Assembly: GCA_046563655.1 (NCBI GenBank) | Contig: CM102285.1 | Coordinates: 14,508,001 to 14,572,000, forward strand | Reading direction: 5' to 3' | DNA: 64,000 nt | Source of the DNA: Yuukianura sp. NJ FZ-2021 | Taxonomy: Eukaryota | Shown here: in pieces, positions 12,721 through 24,717 of the stretch | Position numbering within the stretch: the first letter of the stretch is position 1 | How the letters are laid out: every line of letters begins with the position of its first letter | Notes under the pieces: generated by a model | What the model was told of the DNA's origin: nothing | Database searches by the model: none | Seen by the model: the letters and a program-made list of their open reading frames with translations, nothing else | Translations under genes and position numbers: made by a program

Positions 12721-13010
12721 GACTGATGACCCTAACCAACTGATCTGTTGGACTTTATAGACACAAGATGTGATGATGATGATGGGAAAGGAAGAGAATG
12801 ACGACTGATTCGTCCTCACAGACTGTCAGTCACAACTAATCTTGAATTAATTGACGGAAGAGGGGTAGTTGAGAGGCTACGTGCACGGGATTCCTGTGAA
12901 CTGGGAGAAATATTTGTTAAAATCTTGTGACTCATGTTGAGCCCAATTGTCATGCAATGGGAAAACAATAATGTTAAAGTGCTATTTTCTCCCTTGTCTC
13001 ACATTTTCCC
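12721..13010 (-). promoter_or_regulatory. Putative TEP core promoter with kappaB/AP-1-like sites
   Basis: TATAAA (minus, 12759-12754); Inr-like TCAGTT/TCAGTC downstream; GGGATTCCTG at 12887; TGACTCA at 12928; GGGAAAATGT (minus) near 13001-13010. Motif matches only. Confidence 0.35.
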
Positions 13011-13080
13011 ATTGTCTTTCTGACTCTCTCTCCTTTAAGTGTGTGAAAAGTAGAAGGTCATCTTCTCCTTGTTAAACTGA

Positions 13081-13422
13081 CTAGGGAAAGCTACTTTATG
13101 CAAGGAGATTGTCTGTCTGTCTGCCTGGCCGTCCGTCCGTCGACGGCAATTATCTCGAAAACCATTAAATATTTCGCTATCTTTCTCCGTTTTGATAATA
13201 AACATCGGAGGTCCAACTATTTTTCTGATTATCATCCCGGTGGGTCAACTCCTTCTGGGTCAAAGGTCAATTTTTTTTTCTCGTTCATAACTCTGACCCA
13301 TTATGGCTTACAAGTCACAATGGTGGGCTGGTATGAGCAGCCATTCGCGATTGCATTTCAGAATAAAATGGAATGAAGTACCATCTTTCGCTACTTTCGT
13401 TCACTCCGGGTTACATCCGGAT
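13081..13422. mobile_element. DINE-1/HINE-like (Helentron-associated) non-autonomous element
   Basis: Degenerate subTIR tagggaaagctact, then (GTCY)n microsatellite, partner ctttcgctact at ~13385, and short stem-loop tccggg-ttaca-tccgga just outside. Confidence 0.65.
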
Positions 13423-15644
13423 TTTAATTTTTGTGAATGCCGACTCCTCCTGCACTTAAATGTTGTTACCTAGAACTCATTTTTTTTGTACAGAGTCTGA
13501 CATATCCTGAAATCCTGAAATCATGAATGCTTTAGTGACGTAAAAGGGATTGGCTACTTGTAAGTTTTTCTCAGAAACTAATTAAAACTAAGTTTTACGT
13601 TAGCGTTTCGAAGGTTGGTGCTAAATCAACTAAAAACATTAAACTAATCACACAGGAACTGGGTTAGTTGTGTCACCAATAATAAATTCAATGAAATTCT
13701 GAAAACTTGTTAGTGTTTTTCGTGCGCAAATTCCTAATGACTCCAAACAGGATCCAGTCATGCAATTCCCACAAACTGAACATAATAATAGTAAATAGCA
13801 GCAGAAACGATTTTGAAAAAGAGCTTTGAGAGGTCAATTACCGATTTGTGGGTCACAGTCGGCTTAACAGAAAAGTTTAGGACAAATAAGCGCTGCTTAA
13901 AAAAAGATAAAGTGCTTACTTAACTTTCGTGATAGGTGATTGTTCAGTTTGCGGAAAATAGAGAATAAGTTGAATGTACCCGAGTTTCTCTTACGTGACG
14001 ACATTTTGACAGTTATGTGTCCTACTGCAGATTCTGATGATGCTGGTGCTGACCGGTGCTGACTAATATCCGGAAAAGCAGAATTAATTGGAATCCAAAT
14101 CCAGAATTATCTCAATCGCTGCTCGTGTTCACTGGAATTTGACACAGATTTGCGATTTAGTTACACTGGATAAGTGAGATGTTAGACTACTTTTAAGTAG
14201 GTTGTTTCCGGTGAGCAACACCAAAGACCAAAGAATAAGCAAATTGACAATTGACAATTTGTTACTTTTGTGCCGGACAATTGACAATTGGTGGCTTTTG
14301 TGTCGGACTTACCGAATTTGATGACTAAGAGACGAAAACGAAACGATTGTTTGAGCTATTGCAGAGGAGGTGATGATGACAGTGTCGGCTGGTCACAAAA
14401 CTCGTTATGGAAATCGGTCCGGTGAGAGACAGAAACTAACTGGAGTGTCCTTGGTTGATTGTCGTTTTTGGGTAGATTATCTTCTTTTTTGTCCTGGAAT
14501 TGAAGGTCACAGTGTGATTATGAATATTATTTTGGAATAGTTGGTTACTGAGACTCTCTGGACAGAATGAATCACCTGATGATGACTAGACTCTTCTGTT
14601 TGTTGGTAACCACAAACAGTATCCACGGTTCCTGTTTTTAGACTAGCAAAAAACAGTGACAGCTGAACCAAAATTCATATATCCTCCAATGCCAAAAAGC
14701 GACGACAGTAGTGCAAATTCCACCCGATCCGGCATAACCCGATTCCAAAAATCCTTCGTCTGTATTCCACAGTCCTTATTCTCTGCCATCTCTGCGTCTT
14801 CCGTGACCTCCAACTTTCCGGATGATGATTTCTTTCCACTCTATGACCCTGAAAATAAACATAAAGAAGTATTTTACTTGTAAAATCTTCAGAAACATAA
14901 AACATGCTGGTTGGTAACATTCGGATGCTAAAAGCTAAAAAAATCTTATTGCAGTTCCATAAACCACCCACTAACGTTGGATTTTTATTAGAAAGGTCAC
15001 CTTGAGTACTATTCTGAGGTTACGTAATAAAATGGCGGTTAAATCATGTGCCTAAAATCAGGATCAACAATGGATTAAATGTTGTAATGACAGTCGTAAA
15101 TGGATTAACAACTTCTTAAAATGATGATAAATTGTAACAAAGTTGACCTTGACCTCGGCGTAATGCATCGAATGACATGGTATCCATGCACTTTGAAACA
15201 ATTAACTTTACCGTCTGATTGACTGATTGACATAAAGGTACCGATAATCCATTATGCGTTTTTAACTACTCCGTGAGTAAAATTCAAAGTAATCTTCGCG
15301 TAGACACTAATACTAACTTAAAATGGTAATTAGTTAATCAAATTACTAATTAACGGGATAAAAAGGAATGAAATCAATGTTAAGAAAACAGCTAAATGCT
15401 AGACAAATCAATTTTGTAGAAACAAAGGATGTGAATGAAACACGGATACTGCGCATACTCTAGGATTTTGAGAGCGAAATGGCGGGAATAGAGGTTGCGC
15501 AGTATGGATGCGCGGAGTAAAAATTCAAATGTAAACAGAGATGAAATGTGACATTCCAATCGTTTGTACTATCCTTATCTTATCTGTTATCTCTACTATG
15601 TTTACATTCATAATTATGAATAAGGTCATTGACCTCGTCATGTG

Positions 15645-17796
15645 TATGAGGGGAGATCGACTGCTTTTCAACGCCATTTGCTGCAAGCTTTTTTTAAAAA
15701 ACACAATTAAATTTCCTTGCAGAAAATCAAAACGAACATTTTCTGCAAGTTTTTTTCTTGCAGAAGTCGAGACGTTGTTATAAGAAGCTTACGGAAAATC
15801 GAGGAGCTGTTATAAAAAGCTTGCGACGAATCGAAGCGCTGTTATAAGAAGCTTGCGGAGAATCGAGCCGAGGTTATAAAAAGCTTGCGAAGAATCGAGC
15901 CGCTGTTATAGGAAACTTGCGGAGAATCGAGACGTTGTTATAAATTATAATTCACTTTTAAGATTTTACGACAGCTGAATTTTCCCAAGTTAGAATTCCT
16001 CGAAAAGTAAACGTAAAAGTTATATTTTGTCAAAAATTTTTGTGACGAGAACAGGTCAATTTTTTACGAGACCAACATTTCAAGACGGCAAAGTACGCGT
16101 GAATCCTCGGCAAGGCAAATATATCCAAAAGTTGAATTTCAGCTAAATTTTTCAAAATTCCAAATCCTCAAAAAGTAAGTGTACAAGTGAATTTTTAAAA
16201 ATTTGGACACGTCAAAAAGTTAGAGAACAGGTCAATTTTTCACGAGACCGACATTTCAAGACGGTAGAGTACGCGTGAATCCTCGGCAAGCCAAATATAT
16301 CCAAAAGTTGAATTTCAGCTGAATTTTTCAAAATTCCAAATCCTCAAAAAGTAAGTGTACAAGTGAATTTTTAAAAATTTGGACACGTCAAAAAGTTAGA
16401 GAACAGGTCAATTTTTCACGAGACCGACATTTCAAGACGGTAGAGTACGCGTGAATCCTCGGCAAGCCAAATATATCCAAAAGTTGAATTTCAGCTGAAT
16501 TTTTCAAAATTCCAAATCCTCAAAAAGTAAGTGTACAAGTGAATTTTTAAAAATTTGGACACGTCAAAAAGTTAGAGAACAGGTCAATTTTTCACGAGAC
16601 CGACATTTCAAGACGGTAGAGTACGCGTGAATCCTCGGCAAGCCAAATATATCCAAAAGTTGAATTTCAGCTGAATTTTTCAAAATTCCAAATCCTCAAA
16701 AAGTAAGTGTACAAGTGAATTTTTAAAAATTTGGACACGTCAAAAAGTTAGAGAACAGGTCAATTTTTCACGAGACCGACATTTCAAGACGGTAGAGTAC
16801 GCGTGAATCCTCGGCAAGGCAAATATATCCAAAAGTTGAATTTCAGCTGAATTTTTCAAAATTCCAAATCCTCAAAAAGTAAGTGTACAAGTGAATTTTT
16901 AAAAATTTGGACACGTCAAAAAGTTAGAGAACAGGTCAATTTTTCACGAGACCGACATTTCAAGACGGTAGAGTACGCGTGAATCCTCGGCAAGCCAAAT
17001 ATATCCAAAAGTTGAATTTCAGCTGAATTTTTCAAAATTCCAAATCCTCATAAAGTAAGTGTACAAGTGAATTTTTAAAAATTTGGACACGTCAAAAAGT
17101 TAGAGAACAGGTCAATTTTTCACAAGACCGACATTTCAAGACGGTAGAGTACGCGTGAATCCTCGGCAAGGCAAATATATCCAAAAGTTGAATTTCAGCT
17201 GAATTTTTCAAAATTCCAAATCCTCAAAAAGTAAGTGTACAAGTGAATTTTTAAAAATTTGGACACGTCAAAAAGTTAGAGAACAGGTCAATTTTTCACG
17301 AGACCGACATTTCAAGACGGTAGAGTACGCGTGAATCCTCGGCAAGGCAAATATATCCAAAAGTTGAATTTCAGCTGAATTTTTCAAAATTCCAAATCCT
17401 CAAAAAGTAAGTGTACAAGTGAATTTTTAAAAATTTGGTCACGTCAAAAAGTTAGAGAACAGGTCAATTTTTCACGAGACCAACATTTCAAGACGGTATA
17501 GTAAATCGTAATCGTCAATTACGATTTACGTAACGTAAATCGTCGGCAAGGCAAATATATCCAAAAGTTGAATTTCAGCTGAATTTTTTAAAATTCCAAT
17601 TCCTCAAATTTTCCGCATGTTTCTTATAACAACGTCTCAATTTTCCGCAATCTTTTTATAACAACGCCTCCGTTCTGTGCAAGAAAAAAGCTTGCAGAAA
17701 ATGTTCGTCCCTATTTTCTGCAAGGAATTTTTGCTTGTGTTTTTTAAAAAAATCTTGCAGCAAATCGTATTGAAAAGCAGTCGATCTCCCCTCATA
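15645..17796. mobile_element. Non-autonomous TIR element carrying an internal 176-bp tandem array
   Basis: Long diverged TIRs tatgaggggagatcgactgcttttcaa.../...ttgaaaagcagtcgatctcccctcata; catgtg flanks both ends; ~32-bp gttataagaagcttgcggagaatcgag subrepeats on both arms. Confidence 0.85.
16047..17607. repeat. Satellite-like tandem array, 176-bp unit, ~9 near-identical copies
   Basis: atttggacacgtcaaaaagttagagaacaggtc recurs at 16201, 16377, 16553, 16729, 16905, 17081, 17257 and (1 substitution) 17433. Confidence 0.97.
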
Positions 17797-18300
17797 CATG
17801 TGCACATCCATTCACACATAAGAGTTGGCAAAGTGCTTTTCTACTTTTTTTTACGTTTTGTTCCAAAAATTTTGATTGCAATTGGGGTAAGTTGAGAATT
17901 AAGTTTAAAAAAATCATTTTCTGTTTCCGTGGGAACGTTAATCCAAATTCAGTTTGTTTTTGTGCTCTTTTTCTTTGTTTGTTGAGTCACCTGACCAAAA
18001 CTTTTCGAGTTTCGAAACAACTAACGTTTTCCGCAACAGTTTGTGGATTTCTCTTTGGTTTTCATCATTTTGGCTTCGGTTAATTGAAACTTACCATAAA
18101 TCAGTCGGTCCACGAACAATTCACAAAGTTAATTCCAGCCACGAGTATAGGAGCGCCGTCATTTTATCGGATTCTTTCACTTAATCTGGTTCACTAAAGT
18201 ATCACCGTCGATTGCTGAATTTTATTATTGTTTAATTTTAATTATTCGATAACTATTTAATTACTTTCGTACTACAGGACTCCTAGAACTTTTGTACAAG

Positions 18301-19226
18301 ATGATGGAAGAAGACTACGAAGGAGAGGGAGCTGAAGTGGGCGACCATCGAGGTATTCTGGATACAGCGGTGACTAATCTCGGACTTCCGATTCCAGAAG
18401 CTCATCCAGGAAGTATGAAGATCCAACAAACCCTGTGTCTCATCAAACCTGATGCTATCGACCGTGATGACGAAATTGTAACAATTTTAGAGCGCGAAGG
18501 ATTCGCAATTCTACAGGTACAAGAACTCAAAAATCCAAAGTTTCCTGGTTCGGCTATTTTGTTTTATTTGAATTTTAGCGCCGTCGGATCCAGCTAAACG
18601 CTGAGCAAACGTCTCAGTTTTACCAAGACCAGTATGAACAACCCTGGTTTTCGGATTCCGTGGCACATTTGTACAGCGGTCCAATTCTGGCTCTCGTTCT
18701 GTCCGGTCCTGGAGCGGTCATGCATCTCAACATGCTCCTCGGTCCGGAACAATACGAGGTCAGCTGTTATGAAATTGTTGTTCAAATTTTGAAATTTTGA
18801 ATGTATTTAATAACTGACTTCAGGAACGAAAAAACTTTCCGACTTGTCTTCGATACCGATACGGAACGGAGGGAAGTGACATCAAAAATGGAATCCACGG
18901 ATCCTTGACCGAACTGGATGCTTTCCGGGACATCCATTTCTTTTTTCCCGAACGTAAGACCTTTCAAAACTCCCGCCAAGTTTTTCTTGTTCTAAATTTT
19001 GAAATCTGGATCTAATTTTTTTGAAAAAGGAATCATTGAACCAGTTCTGACGAGTAACTTTGCTTCGTTCTACCTCAACGAAAACGTTCATCCCGTTCTG
19101 AACGTCGGACTGACGGAATTGGTCCGTGCTAAACCGGACGATCCGGTACTCTGGCTCTCCGATTGGCTCATCAGCCACGATCCTAACAAACCCAAAGAAC
19201 TGTCGGATGGACCACTTTGTCAGTAA
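18301..19226 (+). CDS. NME5: Nucleoside diphosphate kinase homolog 5 (NDK5/RSPH23) with C-terminal Dpy-30 motif
   Basis: Exons 18301-18516, 18579-18758, 18824-18953, 19030-19226. TLCLIKPDA; SGPILALVL; LRYRYG...KNGIHGS; HFFFPE; YLNENVHPVLNVGLTELVRAKPDDPVLWLSDWL (Dpy-30). Confidence 0.9.
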
Positions 19227-20444
19227 TCAGCAACCAATTCATCTTTGATCAATTAATTCAAACTTTAAAAAAGTAAAAGTAAAAATATTGTTAAAGTTCC
19301 ATTCCATTAAACCAAAATATTAAACATTATGATAATGAGAAATCCACTGTTCAGATTTCATCCATGTTTGTTCAGTGATAAGAAATCGGCCTGCCGGGGC
19401 AGGTAGATAGGCCAAACCCATGTACCCCCGCGTAATGCGTTTTTATAAGTAGGTTTAGATATGGAACCAATCAGGTTGTCAGAATCGGCCTCAGCAGCCA
19501 ATCGAAGCGTCAGAATCGGCCTTCATATATCACCATATATCCGGTGATGGCGGGAAGAGAAATCACTCCACATTACACCTAAGCTATATCAGTGATCACC
19601 CCATATTCCAAAATCCCACTCCACTCGATGAAACTCGCGAGGCCGAGTAATCATCGGAGAAGGGGGGGAGCTGAGGGGAAGAGAAAGTTTTCATTAACAC
19701 CTTTCTCCACCCTTTGGCGGTTCAATGAGGATGCTTTCTTCAATGATGTTTGTTTGTTATTGTTACATAAATAAACACTCACCTCCACCTGTTTCTCCAA
19801 TTAATTGTTGCTTTGATTAACAGAAATCGAAAAATCACGATTAGTAATTCAAGTTAAATTTAGCTTTAGTGATTAAAACTAAATTAAGTCCAAGGACGTT
19901 TGTGGTGTTGGAAAGTTTTGAATTCAAATAAAATGGCGGGAGTTACAAACACAGGTGAATTTTTGTGAAATATCTTTTTTGATTTTTTGCACCAAAACTT
20001 TTCTGGTGCCAAATCATCATTTTTTTCTGTCAATCATCTCCTCTTCTTCTGTAACCAATTAATCGTCACTGATTTGGTAATAAGCGACAAAGGTCAACTT
20101 TGAGGTAAGTGACCTCGGCAATAATTAAGCATATGACTATTTATTAACAACGATTAAACATGAAACAAGTATGATTAATCGTCTTTAACTTTTACTTTCT
20201 GTCGGTCAGTTCACTTTCAATTTCAATATTGAATGATTCATTGACCCTGTTTTATAATAATAACAATTCAATCGTAAATCAATTGAGTTGTTATTTATAT
20301 TCTGATTGATTACCGCTCCGCAACTTTCTCTTTTACGTCACTTGGATATCGGATTGATTTTGATTTGAGAATCAATGATTAATTGACTTGGTTGCTTACT
20401 TCCAGGTTCGTTCCAGGATTGGTTTTGGCTAAAGAAAGGTCAAG

Positions 20445-22085
20445 ATGCTGCTATCCTTCGTTGTTGCCAGTATATGCTTGTACTCGGCAGTCAGAGGTCA
20501 GACTGAAGATGATTACTACAAACGGGAACATTCACTTATCAAACCATACCAAGGTAAGGTGGATCAGTTCGATTAAAACGTAACAAACAACAGAAGAAAC
20601 GTTTTGGAGTAATAATCAGCATTTCTGTTTTGCGTTCCATAGCTTCAGGATGGAAAATACCACATTGGGATTTTTATGGAAGTACCATTGTAAGTAACGA
20701 CTACATTCGACTCACACCGGACTCTCGTTCACTCGTTGGTGGCATCTGGAATACTGTTGTAAGTGAGACAGTCTCCAACTTTTATGTTTTATCATCAAAG
20801 TCATAAAAGTTAAGTTTTTAATTGCAGTTTTGTTAATGTTATAGCCAGTTATGAAGCCCCATTGGGAAATCCAGATGCAGTTTAAAATCCACGGGAAGAG
20901 AAAAGATCTGTTCGGTGATGGAATGGTAATCGATTGGTTTATTATTTAGTTTTTACTGAGAAGGTTGAACAAATTGTTGTGTTTTAGGTATTGTGGTACG
21001 CCAGGGATCGCATGAACCCTGGTCCGGTATTTGGATCTAAAGATTTCTTCCATGGTTTAGCAATTATCATTGACACCTACGCGGTAAATTCAAATTTGGA
21101 ACAATTTCGTATTTTGATTTTGAAAATGTTTTCACTTTGACGTTTCTTTTGAAACAGAATCAGAACGGCCAACATAATCACCAGCATCCCTACATTTCTG
21201 CGATGATCAACAACGGTTCATTGCACTACGACCATGATCGAGATGGAACCCTTACGCAAATCGCTGGCTGTGAAGTTAAACTGAGAAACTTAGAACACAA
21301 CACTTTTATAGCAGTGAGATACGAAAACGAAGTTCTCACAGGTACGTCGTTCGTACGTTCCTCGTCATCATAAGTGAAATTTTTCAATGCGCAAACAAAA
21401 CGAAATAGTTTTACTTTCTTTTTTTTTCTTCAGTGTCAACCGATTTGGTAGGAGATAACAAATGGAAAGAATGTTTCAGCGTGCCTGGAGTCGTTTTGCC
21501 AATTGGATACTTTCTCGGTGAGAAGATGATCATGATCATCGTTTTTCAAAATTTCAGATTTTTCGAAATTTCAGATTTTTCAAAATTTTTGTTTATCATT
21601 ATCACTCTTTGTCTGTTCTCCTAGGAGTCTCTGCTGCCACTGGAGATTTGTCCGATAATCATGACTTGTTAGCCCTTCGAACTTATGAAATCGGAGATAC
21701 TTTCTTATCCGACGAGGTAAGAAATGTTTCTTCAATCTTTTACCAAAATTTTACAAAAGCTTTCATAATTTCAATTTTTTTTTCGTATTTTTTAGGAAAC
21801 TCGAACGCGGTTGAACCTCATTCCATCGTCTAAATTCGCTGAACCCGTACGAGAACATGTTAGTTTCTTACTATTAATTACTATTAATCATGATGATATT
21901 AATCGTGTTAGTTGAATTAATCAAGATTAATTCTGTTTTTTAAGGTTCCGGACCCAGTTGGCAGAAGTTACTTCAAGATTTTCATGTACGTTCTCATTGG
22001 GATTGTGGTCGTCGCAGCTCTAGTCATCCTGGGATACATTTTATACCAAAATCATCAAGCAAATTCACGTAAAAGATTCTACTAA
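20445..22085 (+). CDS. LMAN2L: L-type lectin VIP36/VIPL (LMAN2/LMAN2L-like), ~8 coding exons
   Basis: Spliced translation: signal peptide, KREHSLIKPYQ, YIRLTPD, DLFGDG, GPVFGSKDFFHGLAIIIDTY, HPYISAMINNGSLHYDHDRDGT, GVSAATGDLSDNHD, TM segment, C-terminal SRKRFY*. Confidence 0.92.
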
Positions 22086-22597
22086 AAACGGAGGGGGAGG
22101 AGCTTATCTCTTGGAGTAATTAAAATGACATTTATCTAATTAATCTTTAATCGCCCAATATCCTTCTCTCTTTTCAATTCGATTTTCAATAATTCATTAA
22201 CCTCAGAACTGATTAACTTAATTAATTATTATCAAAAGAGCATTCAGAAGAGAGCTTTTTTTAAAAAAAATTAGAGAATAAATTATTCAGGTATTTTTAT
22301 AATGTCATTTCAAAAACTTCATGGGGTTCCCATGGCAATAATGCAGGCAACAAAATTTTCAAAGTTTGTTAATTTTTCATCAAATTGTGTTTCGAAAACA
22401 CTCATTTTCGCTTTTTCCTACAACTTTGCATGGTATTTTGAAAAGTTCTCGAAATCAATCGGTGTCAAAGGTCGCTGGATCACAGAAGTACGTATGAACG
22501 TTTGAAAATTTGAAATTTTTCAAAATTTTGAGCTTTTTTCAAAAGTTTGACAACCGGTTTTTCTTTTTTGAATGTAGATTGTTGAATCGACTTGAAG

Positions 22598-24491
22598 ATG
22601 GACACAGAGACGACGCTGGATGCTGGATTCAGCAGTTTTTGTGCAAATTGCAACATGATGGAGCTGGACATAAACAGTAACGTGACGTCATGCTGTCACG
22701 CACCAATCGGAGCTGACGTCGGAACGAATCCGGAGGAGCCTATGACCGATACGCCAGGAGAATGCTGCCAGTATATGCTGCCCAGTACGGACGAATCCGA
22801 ACCGGAAGTATCCGAATGTACCTGGAGTGTGACTGAAGATGAGTTGGAACTGGAATCGCTTGAGTGTACTTGTACTTCATGTCCGGTCCACACTGTTCCA
22901 GCATCTCAAGAGCCACTGGAAGGCTGGCCAAAACTTTGTCAGGATGCTGGAGCACTGGAAGCAGTAAGTTCACTCATCAAAATTCATTTTTTGAAAATAT
23001 TTAAAATTTTGGGGAAAAAATGTATTTTTCAGTTTTTTAGTCGAGTGTTGGACTTTTTGGACATAAAGGACATCAAGAAATGTCGCCGCGTCTGTGTAGC
23101 TTGGTACCACGGTATCACCAGATCCGAAAATTTTTCGAACCGGTTCAAAATCCTTCAAGTTCAGAACGACGGAGTCCGTGATTGGTCGGAACTGTTGACC
23201 TCTGACCTCGTTCAACACTTTAACGCAAAAAACTACCACTTCATCCAGTGCAACCTAACTGACCTCGATGCCAACCTGTTTCTCATCACGACCACTTCAA
23301 AGATCAAGACGCTGGAACTGGAACGCTGCTTTTTGTCGCCAGCGACACTTCAACTGATTTGCTCAGATTTCACCAATTTGGAATCCCTTACACTCAGTGG
23401 ACTCTCAAATTGCATCGTTTTTGGTGAATCTCTGTTCCCTTCTACACAAAAACCAAATCGCTTAAAAAAATTGAAAAAACTAAAAATCGGCTCGAATTTT
23501 GAAAAATCTTGGACACGTGACCCGGCACACTGGAACTGCCTCAACTTCAATCTCCATAGACAATTTTTAGCTGATCTGCTTGCAACGTCTTTCGCACTGG
23601 AGAGTTTGACTTTTTCTGGATTCGGATCGCTGACGGCATCGCATGTCATTGAACTCATCTTGACCCGTGTCCGCTCTTTTCTGCATTTGACTCACCTTTA
23701 TTTTCAAAATATTCCATCACGTGACCTCAATTTTGAACATTTTCATCTCTTGGGATCTCCATTTGCACAAGGAATTTGTCTCCGAAAATTAGCGCTGACA
23801 CTGTACAATCCTCTGGCATTAGACAGTGCTCACCAACATGCCAATTTTGGAAATGCGGTGATTTCAAACATTTTGAAAACTCATCGCTTGTCGCTCGAAG
23901 TACTCCACCGTAAGAGACAAAAACGTTTTCATGTCGTCATTTTTTGAAATCCCGCTAATTTTTAATTTGCTGATTTTGAATTCGCGAATTTTAGTTGACC
24001 GTTGCCCGGTGACAACAGCCGTTTTTGAGACAGAGATGCCGAGACTGCACAAGCTGTCGCTGAAATCAACCCAAGTCAGAACGGCAAAATTTGGACACTT
24101 ACTGCCAGCACTTCAAGAATTCAAACACTCCTGTCACCACTCCAAATTCAATCCGAATCTGGAGTCAATGAACCCTGTTGTCACGGAAGAAATTTTGAGT
24201 CCGTCTTTCTGGGACGAAGCAACCGGACCACACTGTGACAGAACCGGCGGTGATTGTGACCGTGACGCTGGACAACGTCTTGTAATGGCCGACATTTTGG
24301 AAAATGCTGAACATGTTCGGAATAGAGAGTTCGACAACTGGCGACCAATCAGTGCCATGATATGCCTCATGCTGCCACTTGGTTACTTTTTTGTCCAACA
24401 AGCAGAAGAGCTACCCAACTACGCTTCAATGGCTTATCTCATTGTTGGAATCTTGGTCATTTTACTCATTACAATCAAAACTTATGTTTAA
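22598..24491 (+). CDS. F-box/leucine-rich-repeat protein (~579 aa) with Cys/acidic N-terminus and hydrophobic C-terminal tail
   Basis: Exons 22598-22963, 23033-23909, 23995-24491 in frame. F-box LEA|FFSRVLDFLDIKDIKKCRRVCVAW; LRR-like IKTLELERC, NLESLTLSG, LKKLKI, LESLTF, LTHLYF, LRKLAL; ends MAYLIVGILVILLITIKTYV*. Confidence 0.8.
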
Positions 24492-24717
24492 CTTGGTAAT
24501 ATGCGTAATTATACGACACAAAATAGAATTACAATTAGTGGCCAAAGTAATTAAATCAATTTTTAGAAAAAAATTTTAGTGAAGTGAGATTTGAATTAAT
24601 TATATTTAAATTAGTATACGGAAGAAAAAAGTTTTAGCCAATAGTACACACAAGAAGTTCTTAAAAGTTAGCCATTGTTTTACGTTTCAGGACATCCAGA
24701 TCGGAACGCAGCTGCGT

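Noticed and set aside
14640..14971. GC-richer segment with a minus-strand acceptor and a short frame (MAENKDCGIQ...)
   Set aside because: No recognisable motif and no linkable partner exon; may be an exon or TE remnant but cannot be supported.
16047..17607. CRISPR-like array
   Set aside because: Units are contiguous 176-bp near-identical repeats with no unique spacers, in eukaryotic DNA with no cas genes.
19933..19954. Upstream ATG mini-exon as an N-terminal extension of the lectin
   Set aside because: Splicing to either nearby acceptor is out of frame with ATG 20445, which has an in-frame upstream stop; at most a uORF.
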